Under the pieces are notes generated by a model. It saw nothing but the letters and a program-made list of their open reading frames with translations. It ran no database searches and was not told the origin of the DNA. From Candidatus Latescibacterota bacterium (GTDB lineage Bacteria; Latescibacterota; UBA2968; GCA-2709665), in NCBI GenBank assembly GCA_965222075.1, contig OZ244937.1:4704001-4768000 (forward strand): a DNA stretch of 64,000 bases, read 5' to 3'. This document shows positions 8,386 to 16,218 of the stretch, in pieces; within the stretch, counting starts at the first letter, position 1; the number at the start of each line of letters is the position of its first letter. Position numbers and translations under genes: made by a program.

Positions 8386-9387
8386 TCAGGTGACCGCGGC
8401 TTCATCTATGGAAAAAATCTGTTCAGAGTCGAGGGTCGCTCTGACACCGTTTGGCAGGATTATTTGAGGGCTTGTATGTCCGAGATCTACTCCTGTAAGG
8501 ATGGGAAAATCAAATGCCGATGTATAATAATCTATCAGTTCTTGAAGTAGCGCTTCCTGGATTTCAGACAGATTGTTGATTTTTCCGATAATCAGACCGG
8601 AGATCTCCTTGAAAAGACCCACTTGCTGGCATTGCGCAAGGGCCTCCTCGATATACATAAGAACCGTGTTTCCTGTGTTGACCTCTTCGAGATAAAGAAT
8701 CTTACCCTGAAATGAAGGCCAAAACCGCGTACCCGCCAATGTAAGCAACGTGTGGAGATTTCCACCTACGAGGGGACCCTCAACTTTGCCGTCTCTGAAC
8801 CAATGCCAGCCGGAATGCCCCTTCATCTTACGGGGACTGATTTCACTGGGAATGTCATCCGTCCAGGCACCGGGGGGGTTCAATGGACCCGGAGCAGCAG
8901 GGGTAAACAGGATGTCCTTAATCTTCCGAAGCGTATAACTCAACGGTTCCGGAAACTCGCTGAGCCCATCGATGATTGTCGGACCGTGGAACGTAGCGAG
9001 ATTAAGACGCGAGTGGATACCCATCAGCAGGGCCGTATTCGCACTGTATCCCATCACAATCTTGGGGGAACGTTCGATCAAATTCCAGTCGAGAAGGGGA
9101 AGGAGCGTATTTGTACCTGATCCTCCCGACAAACAAAAAATCGCTTTGATTTCTGGGTCGGCAAATAGGGTATTCAGATCATTGGCGCGTTGTTGAGGGG
9201 GAGGATTCAAATACTCGCGTTCTTGGAGCGCATGACTTGCCAACTGAACTTTCAAGCCGAGACTTTCCAGAGCGGCCCGTGCGCGGGAGAGCCCATTTTT
9301 TTGATGAAGATGAAAAGATGCCGCGGGCGAGGCAATACCCACGGTATCACCCGGTTTCAATCTCCGCGGCTTGATCGTATCACTCAT
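8386..9387 (-). CDS. S66 peptidase (LD-carboxypeptidase / MccF family)
   Basis: LKPGDTVGIASPA, GYSANT nucleophile region, TFHGP, GGNL, LYLEE and DLGHT. Confidence 0.9.
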   Translation of the reverse strand: MSDTIKPRRLKPGDTVGIASPAASFHLHQKNGLSRARAALESLGLKVQLASHALQEREYLNPPPQQRANDLNTLFADPEIKAIFCLSGGSGTNTLLPLLDWNLIERSPKIVMGYSANTALLMGIHSRLNLATFHGPTIIDGLSEFPEPLSYTLRKIKDILFTPAAPGPLNPPGAWTDDIPSEISPRKMKGHSGWHWFRDGKVEGPLVGGNLHTLLTLAGTRFWPSFQGKILYLEEVNTGNTVLMYIEEALAQCQQVGLFKEISGLIIGKINNLSEIQEALLQELIDYYTSAFDFPILTGVDLGHTSPQIILPNGVRATLDSEQIFSIDEAAVT

Positions 9388-9581
9388 GATCTCTCATATC
9401 TGTTTCAATACTGTGAACAGTTTTTGTAACTTATTGTTTTCTATAAATTTATGAAATTTGTAATCAAAATGGATAACCTATTGATTTTTAAAGACTTAGG
9501 AAAGCAATGTTTCCCGAATTAGGCCGAAATTGTAAAAAGTGTCCGAACTATTGTGTTTAAAACCGGCCTTGAATCGGTTTC

Positions 9582-9636
9582 TTATTTCAAAGATATGATC
9601 TCTTGTTGGGATGGACTGAGCCGGTCGGCAAAGCCG
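9582..9636 (-). repeat. Displaced copy of the PhyH gene 3' end (att-like direct repeat)
   Basis: 52/55 identical to 12805-12859. Confidence 0.9.
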
Positions 9637-9734
9637 TAATTCCTTTCCTCGGATAGACGATGACCTTAATTGCTTGAAACCTTTTTACAGAAATCTTAAT
9701 CAAAGTCGGCAGGTTTAGACTGGGTAAATGGAAA

Positions 9735-10580
9735 CTAAATGACCAGGTCAAAGGGTAAATCGGCTATGTCGCGGAGGCGATTACCTGCCACCATTGTTTC
9801 CAAAGACTCTTGCACAGCTTCGTTTTGACTGTCCGTGGCGACCTGCATAAGTTCATTGAGGCCAAAATGGTAGACACAGTCAATATCACCAGTCCCTAAT
9901 GCCAGAGATGCAATCCGTGTCGGCATCGGTTCGGCTGTTACCACCGCGATATGTGGTGTGTGCCCTTTGCGGTTCCGGATTAAGTTCAAGCCTTCCGTAC
10001 GGGCATTCTGTGACCGATCACTGCGGAGTGTCAATTTGCATGAAATACTGGCATGTAATATCGGAGTAGGGGTCTGATGATGCGTCTGACGTAACGGCGT
10101 TAAGTGCGGTATACCTGTCTGATCTACAATCACATTATGCTGGTTGATCGTCTCGTCAGCAACAGGTATACGCGCAACGATGACATCCGGTTTGACTACA
10201 TAATCCCCCAGCGCTGTATGAACGTCCTTATTTTTCTGGACCAATTTGTTCAGCGTGGCTAAATGCCGATATTGGACAAATTCCGATATATCGCTATGGA
10301 CGGAGTAGAGCCAGTCGGCCGGACGCAGATGGGCAAGGACCTTCATGGCCGATTGAACATAATCTCTGACGGCTGTTTCGAACTTGCTGCCAGCGGTCTG
10401 ACCGCTGATTCGGCCAGTGCTAACGGGATAACCGAACACCTCAATGATCCCACGCGCCAACGAGCAACTGAGTCTGCTACTGGTATCGGCAATGCTGGGA
10501 ATCCGACCACGCTTCAAAAATATCGCCTCCAGACAGACTTCCCGTTGAAATTGCTCACGTAGTTTTACGATTTCAGCCAT
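9735..10580 (-). CDS. Type II restriction endonuclease, NgoMIV family
   Basis: GQTAGSKFE, KPDVIVAR, LHASISCKLTLRSDRSQNARTEGLNLIRNRKG, VVTAEP and LALGTGDIDCVYH. Confidence 0.9.
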   Translation of the reverse strand: MAEIVKLREQFQREVCLEAIFLKRGRIPSIADTSSRLSCSLARGIIEVFGYPVSTGRISGQTAGSKFETAVRDYVQSAMKVLAHLRPADWLYSVHSDISEFVQYRHLATLNKLVQKNKDVHTALGDYVVKPDVIVARIPVADETINQHNVIVDQTGIPHLTPLRQTHHQTPTPILHASISCKLTLRSDRSQNARTEGLNLIRNRKGHTPHIAVVTAEPMPTRIASLALGTGDIDCVYHFGLNELMQVATDSQNEAVQESLETMVAGNRLRDIADLPFDLVI

Positions 10581-12082
10581 CAGATTTCAACTTTCCTGCC
10601 TGCGCCTGCCTGCGTCCCTCGGACAGGCAGGCCGATGCTTGCTCGGCAGGCAGGTGTGGGTTTGATGTAGCCGATGACATACTCTTGATGCATACGCTGT
10701 TGAATCTGAGAAGACTGATTGAGCGTAGCGCCAGCCGGGAGCATGCGACGGTTTCTGTCCAAATTTCTGATCCCGATAGCGGGAACCTCAAACCCTATCG
10801 CGCGTCCGATGTCGGCTAAACAATGACCCGTTTCGGTATCGCGCCCGCGCATGATGGAACTCCCTACGACTACAATTGCGGCCTTCCCGGGCTTGAGGAC
10901 ACGATGTATCTCACGCAGCACACGGGTCATCTCTGAGTAATACCGGTGTAACACTTTCCCTTTCTTGGCATCGTGCTGAGCGACTTTCTCTACAACTTGA
11001 AGGGTATCAGAAGGCAGGTCGTCGAAAACCATGCCAGCGGTTGATTCGCCACCAATCGTTCGGCTGCGTCTTTGGCCAAGATCATCCACCGAAAACCCCA
11101 TCCAGACCAGAGAAAATTTGTGGGCGCGCATGTAGTCAATCGCATTGGACGCATACGGCGGGGAGGTGACAATCAAATCGACACAATCGTCGGATAAAGG
11201 TAATCTCTGCGCATCGCCATGCTCAATAACGGGTCGTAGATGATCAGGCTCCAGGTCTGGTAGATTGGCAAGATTTCTCTGAAACCGGTGGTAAAATTCG
11301 TCAAATGCCGATCGTAGCTTCTTCGATATGAATTGGAGTCGAGAGCGCTGCTGATGTAATTGTTCTTTGCCCCACAGAAGATCACCTTTCATATTGTACA
11401 CAACCTTCGCTTGATGCGGTCGGGTGTGGGCTAAATCGAGTGCCAGGGAAACACCCCCTGACTTCGTGATGATAATCGCGGAGAATACGACCTCGAAAAA
11501 TGCCACGAGAGCTTCGACTGAACTCAGTCGAACGTCAGATTCACCCGGGATTCGACGAATCTCTCTCATGAGTGCGCACAGATCGCTCTGAGTCTCTTTC
11601 TCAAACCAATACTCGACAAACCTGGAGGTATTGACATCCCAATCTTGATGATATTCCTCTCTTAGTAGACGACGTTGATCAGGAGACAGCAGGGGCGCTC
11701 TGTTAAGTATCGCATTACCTATTTCCAGGACTTTCCGCTTATCGATCGGTGTCGTCTTTGCCTTCGCGATCCGAACAGCCAGGGGGTCCGTGTCGAAACC
11801 GATAGGCTGACGTTTTGCCAATAATGCTTCGACCAGTGTCGTGCCGGACCCCATCATAGGATCAAGCACCGCATCCCCAGGTTCGGTTAACGCGGCGATG
11901 AATTTCTGGGGCAGTTGAGGCGGATATTTGGCTGGAAATGCATGAAATTGATGCGACGCATAATTGCTGTTGGCCGAATGGAAATCGAGATCATCGGCCA
12001 GCAGCGCGATGAGTTTTTCACGGATCGTGCCGGGCATGATGGCTGGCGCTCTGGGAAATAGAGAAAGCTGTGTGGGTTGCAT
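10580..12082 (-). CDS. DNA amino-methyltransferase (probably N4-cytosine, alpha motif order)
   Basis: FHAFPAKYPP; motif I VLDPMMGSGTT; motif IV DLIVTSPPY; RVLKPG. Confidence 0.9.
   Translation of the reverse strand: MQPTQLSLFPRAPAIMPGTIREKLIALLADDLDFHSANSNYASHQFHAFPAKYPPQLPQKFIAALTEPGDAVLDPMMGSGTTLVEALLAKRQPIGFDTDPLAVRIAKAKTTPIDKRKVLEIGNAILNRAPLLSPDQRRLLREEYHQDWDVNTSRFVEYWFEKETQSDLCALMREIRRIPGESDVRLSSVEALVAFFEVVFSAIIITKSGGVSLALDLAHTRPHQAKVVYNMKGDLLWGKEQLHQQRSRLQFISKKLRSAFDEFYHRFQRNLANLPDLEPDHLRPVIEHGDAQRLPLSDDCVDLIVTSPPYASNAIDYMRAHKFSLVWMGFSVDDLGQRRSRTIGGESTAGMVFDDLPSDTLQVVEKVAQHDAKKGKVLHRYYSEMTRVLREIHRVLKPGKAAIVVVGSSIMRGRDTETGHCLADIGRAIGFEVPAIGIRNLDRNRRMLPAGATLNQSSQIQQRMHQEYVIGYIKPTPACRASIGLPVRGTQAGAGRKVEI
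10595..10654. repeat. Nested CCTGCCTG...CAGGCAGG palindromic elements within the MTase 3' end
   Basis: Outer arms at 10595-10603 and 10646-10654, inner arms at 10605-10612 and 10624-10631; a related copy lies at 12120-12146. Confidence 0.75.
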
Positions 12083-12213
12083 AACCGAAATCTCCCTAAT
12101 CCTTCAGGGTACTGCGTGACCTGTCTGCCGTGCGACGACAGGCAGGGATGACGATCCGTCGCGCCTCGGAGGTACCCTCGTAGATCTGCAGGCTTCACCC
12201 TGGGAACGCCTAA

Positions 12214-12564
12214 CTACCACTGCCTGATGATCACGCAGACGGTCGTCTTGTCCAGCAGGGCGAACTCCTTAGCCCCCCACGGTTTCTGACTGATCCCCTT
12301 GCTGTTTGGGTGAAGCATATCCGGCTTCCGGCTTGTCACCTCAGCATAGAACCCGTCGATATCGTCCGTCTCGATCCCGATCTCGGGTCGATCCTTTGCC
12401 GCAAACTCGGCATCCTCAACCAGGACCGCTTTGCATCCCTCCCGTTCCACCACCGCCAGCTTCCCGTCGTTATGACCGACCGTGAAACCGAGACAATCCA
12501 CAAAAAGCTCCAGTCCGTCCGCCATATTCTCGTAGAAGACCTTCGGAACCAGCCTGGTCAACAC
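12214..12564 (-). CDS. VOC/glyoxalase (bleomycin-resistance-like) protein
   Basis: LFVDCLGF, IETDDID and KPWGAKEFALLD; AAGGAGG RBS before the GTG. Confidence 0.8.
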   Translation of the reverse strand: MLTRLVPKVFYENMADGLELFVDCLGFTVGHNDGKLAVVEREGCKAVLVEDAEFAAKDRPEIGIETDDIDGFYAEVTSRKPDMLHPNSKGISQKPWGAKEFALLDKTTVCVIIRQW

Positions 12565-12804
12565 GGTTGCCTCCTTTCCCGTAACTGGCAATTTGCATCG
12601 CCGACGGGTTGGCGTTCCCAATTGGGACCTCCGGGTTTCCTCCCGCCTTTACGATCTGTTCTGTGATCTCAATGCGCTGGGCATCACGTGGCGCGCTCAC
12701 CATTTGTCGAAGATGGTGCAGGTGCCATCCATACGTCAATATAGTCGTACCCGCGGTGAAATTTGTTCACTATGCAAGACCGGATCGTACCTGCGGTGCG
12801 TTTT

Positions 12805-13548
12805 TTATTTCAGGGATATGATCTCCTGTTGGGATGGACTGAGCCGGTCGGCAAAGCCGGGGCTGAAACGCAGGTGCTGCCCGCCCCAATCGGGCATGTA
12901 GCCGATGCTGTAGCAATAGTAGAGGGTGCGGCGCGGTCGTCCGGAGACGTTCACCGTGGAGCCGTGGGTGAGCGCTTCGGTGAACAGGATGACGTCGCCG
13001 GCGCGCGCGGGCACCGCCCGCAGCGGGGGATTTTCATCGGGATGGCTGCCCCAGGGTTTGACGAAATTGCTCTTGTGCGCCCCGGGGATCACTGCGAAGC
13101 AGCCGTCGTCGGGCCCGCAATCGAGCATAGGGAAAACCGCCTTGGTCAGCGTCGACACCATCTGGCCGTTGCGGCAGTGATACTGGCACTTGGGGATGAT
13201 CGGGGTGCCGTGCATGTGCATCCCGGTATAGCCGCCGCCCCAACGATAAATGGTATAGGTGTGGTTGAGACGAAACGGCCCGCCAGTGACACATTCGACG
13301 ACATCGAGTAATTCGGGCAGTTCCATTAACGGCAGCAAGGCGTCGTCGCCCTCGATGATGTTGGAGATGTAGAGGTTCTCCGGCGTGCGCTCCTGGCCCA
13401 ATACCAGTGGCGCCGGATAGTCGCCGGGGTGCATTGTCTCGAAGCGATCCAGCACGGCATTACAGGCTGTGATCAACGCCGGCGGTACGATCTGCTCCAG
13501 GACGACATAGCCCTGCAGATCAAAAAGATATTTCTGTTCCTGGTTCAT
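12805..13548 (-). CDS. Phytanoyl-CoA dioxygenase (PhyH) family protein
   Basis: YLFDLQGYVVL, GCFAVIPGAHK, AGDVILFTEALTHG and RR. Confidence 0.88.
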   Translation of the reverse strand: MNQEQKYLFDLQGYVVLEQIVPPALITACNAVLDRFETMHPGDYPAPLVLGQERTPENLYISNIIEGDDALLPLMELPELLDVVECVTGGPFRLNHTYTIYRWGGGYTGMHMHGTPIIPKCQYHCRNGQMVSTLTKAVFPMLDCGPDDGCFAVIPGAHKSNFVKPWGSHPDENPPLRAVPARAGDVILFTEALTHGSTVNVSGRPRRTLYYCYSIGYMPDWGGQHLRFSPGFADRLSPSQQEIISLK

Positions 13549-13641
13549 CTCGCCTCCCTGTTGCGCACGCGCACGACGATCCTGTGGACGGTATGTTCTG
13601 GGTTATCTTTATTTTACAGGAGGTGTCCGAGGGAAGATGGT

Positions 13642-13917
13642 GTGAATTTCAGCAACATCTGTAGACGGCACACAACAGGTCCGGGTCGCCGGTGGGATAA
13701 GCTCCTGAAAAACGTACCCGGGTTGAAGCCCGGTGAACTCTGGAGCATCTGGCGCAAATTGCGCACCCAGCGCAAAGGGGTGATTCCCGGGATGGACCCC
13801 GTATCGAACCTCATCCCCCTGGCACCCGAATCGCGGGAGGAATGGCTGGCCGCTCAACCAAAGCCCCCGGTGGTCAAACCAATGCGAGCGACCCATTTGG
13901 CAGGATTGTCCGCATGA
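13642..13917 (+). CDS. Hypothetical small protein
   Basis: Fills an otherwise empty gap; purine-rich stretch before the GTG; no recognised motif. Confidence 0.35.
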   Translation: MNFSNICRRHTTGPGRRWDKLLKNVPGLKPGELWSIWRKLRTQRKGVIPGMDPVSNLIPLAPESREEWLAAQPKPPVVKPMRATHLAGLSA

Positions 13918-13939
13918 TGATTTCCAGACCGTAAGTGGC

Positions 13940-14353
13940 TTATAGCGTTACCCCGTTCCACTCCTCCTTACTGCAGGTAATATCAACCACATTCCCATCC
14001 GGGTCCAGCACCTTGAACGACATGGGCGGCTGCACAGACGGATCGATCGGATTGCGCTCTTTCACATTCTCCTTGGAAAACACGGCTCCCCACTCGTGCA
14101 GCCGCTTCCAGGTCTCCCCCAAATCGTCCACAATAACCCCGAAGTGAATGTACTCATTCCCCTCTTCCAGCTCAGGCCGCTCCATATCCTCGGGCTGTTG
14201 AATCAGCGTAATATTGCTCACCCCATCGCTCAAATCCAGCGCGTTCCCCTTCGGTCGGTACCCGATGAAGCGCCATCCGATCACCTCCTCGTAAAACTTC
14301 CGCGACCGCTCCATATCCCGGCATCGCAGGGCAAGGTGCCGTAACAGGCCCAT
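13940..14353 (-). CDS. VOC family protein
   Basis: LRHLALRCRDMERSRKFY, IHFGVIVDD and DPDGNVVDI. Confidence 0.88.
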   Translation of the reverse strand: MGLLRHLALRCRDMERSRKFYEEVIGWRFIGYRPKGNALDLSDGVSNITLIQQPEDMERPELEEGNEYIHFGVIVDDLGETWKRLHEWGAVFSKENVKERNPIDPSVQPPMSFKVLDPDGNVVDITCSKEEWNGVTL

Positions 14354-14404
14354 CGCGCCTCCTTTCTACACTCTCACCGAGCGTGTTGATTCTGTATACA
14401 GGGG

Positions 14405-15391
14405 TCAGGTCAAAATCCCCGCCGCCCGCAGCACCGTCTCCTGTACCGCCAGTTCGTGGTCCAGCGGCCGGTCCGGCTGTTTCTCCCCCCGGATATCGGC
14501 CACCAATGCCCTCAGGCTCCCCACGTACCGGGGTTCCACTTTTACAGGTACGGTCTGCCACCCCTTTTTGTATCCATCCCGGTCCTCATCCAGGCAGAGC
14601 CGCAGAACCACCGGATCGGGCTCGAACGGCTCCAAAATTGCGCTGCCCCGCGTCCCGTAGACCTCAAACCGCCGCGACGGAAAGGCCAGTACCTCTAAGG
14701 ATGCAGACTCCAGCACCGCCATCCTTTTCGGGTATTCAAACACCGTGGCCGTATTGTCTCGAAACGCCGGTGCCGGCCCCAGATCGTTTCGCAGAAACGA
14801 CGTCACCCGGTCGGGCCTTCCCAGAAGCGCCACCACAATATCCATCAAATGGCAGAGCAGCTCAAACAGAATACCCCCCTGGTGCACGGCCAACCGGGAT
14901 CGTGTCTCCTGGTCCACGCAGGTCGACATCCGTCCCCGCACCGAAAAGATCTCCCCGAGCCTCCCCGAATTCGCCCAGTCTAAAATAAACTGGAATCCCG
15001 CGTTGTAACGGAACATATACCCCAGCTGCACCAGCAGTCCCTTTGCCCTTGCCATTTCGACCAGCGCCTGGAACCCGGCCCAGTCGTCCCCCGCCGGTTT
15101 ATCCAGCCAGACATGTTTGCCCCGTTCAAGCGCCTCCCGGGCAAACCCCAGGTTCTGAGCCACCGCCCCTTCCACTGCAATCGCCGCTATCGATGCATCG
15201 TCCAGCATTTCCTCCTTCGATCCGAACCAGTGAACCCCGGCGTAGGCCTCACCGGCCCCCCGCGTTCTGCGCACTTCCGGGTCCGGCTCGTATACCCCGC
15301 AGAATTCCACATCCGGATTCGCCTTCAATACCGCCGCCTTCCCCGAAGCATGTGAATGCAAAACGCCGTACTGAGCAAATTTGATCCGCAT
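14405..15391 (-). CDS. Gfo/Idh/MocA oxidoreductase
   Basis: GKHVWLDKP, QLGYMFRY, GGILFELLCHLMD and EVYGTRG. Confidence 0.88.
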   Translation of the reverse strand: MRIKFAQYGVLHSHASGKAAVLKANPDVEFCGVYEPDPEVRRTRGAGEAYAGVHWFGSKEEMLDDASIAAIAVEGAVAQNLGFAREALERGKHVWLDKPAGDDWAGFQALVEMARAKGLLVQLGYMFRYNAGFQFILDWANSGRLGEIFSVRGRMSTCVDQETRSRLAVHQGGILFELLCHLMDIVVALLGRPDRVTSFLRNDLGPAPAFRDNTATVFEYPKRMAVLESASLEVLAFPSRRFEVYGTRGSAILEPFEPDPVVLRLCLDEDRDGYKKGWQTVPVKVEPRYVGSLRALVADIRGEKQPDRPLDHELAVQETVLRAAGILT

Positions 15392-15509
15392 CACCATCCT
15401 CCTTTGTGCCAAACCATCGGAACAGGCGGTTGCCTCCGGCCCCTGACGCTAAAACGGCGTCCGGACTCCCAGGTCCGCCGCAGCCTCCTCCCTCAGCTGC
15501 CTCCGGGCC

Positions 15510-16196
15510 TTACATAATCCCAAACCGATCAAACGCCTGCCGGGCCGGCATCCCCTCTTCAATCGCCTTCCGGACCAGGTTCTCCCCCCGCACCTTTTCG
15601 ATCGCCCGATGGATCAGTTCTGCTTCATGGTCCCCTGGGACCACCACCACGCCGTCCATATCCCCAAAAACGAGGTCCCCCGGACAGATCCGTACCCCGT
15701 TTGCGAACTCGATCGGACAGCGGTAGTCGATCACCCGCCCCCGGACGCCCTGGTCCTGCGCATAGCGCCCGGCAGAAAAGATCGGGAAATTCAACCTCAG
15801 AATCCCCCGCGTGTCCCGGCTGAACCCATCCAGCACAGCGCCCGCTGCCCCCAGCTTCATCGCCCTGATGCTCATCAACTCTCCCCACAGCGCATATCGG
15901 GGCGACGCCCCCGTGCAGATATACACCTCGCCCGGCTTCAGATCGTCCAGCGCTTCAAACATCACCCCGAACGGCTTCTCCTCGTCCAGGTGGCCCACCT
16001 TCTGTCCGGCGCAGTCCGCCTCCAGAACCGGCATCGCCCGGCCCACAACGACCATATCGTCCCGCAGTGGCTGGACCTCCGGCGGCAGAAACTGGTGGGT
16101 CAAGCCCACCTTATCCATCGCATCCCCCACCACCGCAGTAAACAGCTCCCGCTTCATCAGACCGAAAAGCTCTGCATCCTCATTCCAGGTTGGCAT
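15510..16196 (-). CDS. RraA family protein (HMG aldolase-like)
   Basis: TAVVGDAMD, ALWGELMS, VLDGFSRD and GDLVFGDMDGVVVVP. Confidence 0.88.
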   Translation of the reverse strand: MPTWNEDAELFGLMKRELFTAVVGDAMDKVGLTHQFLPPEVQPLRDDMVVVGRAMPVLEADCAGQKVGHLDEEKPFGVMFEALDDLKPGEVYICTGASPRYALWGELMSIRAMKLGAAGAVLDGFSRDTRGILRLNFPIFSAGRYAQDQGVRGRVIDYRCPIEFANGVRICPGDLVFGDMDGVVVVPGDHEAELIHRAIEKVRGENLVRKAIEEGMPARQAFDRFGIM

Positions 16197-16218
16197 CTCC
16201 GCTCCCCCCCAAACCGTT

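Larger units (their letters stand above)
9637..12804. mobile_element. Integrase-less restriction-modification islet bounded by 55-bp direct repeats
   Basis: Flanking repeats at 9582-9636 and 12805-12859; cargo is REase, MTase and VOC; visibly more AT-rich than the core genes. Confidence 0.65.
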
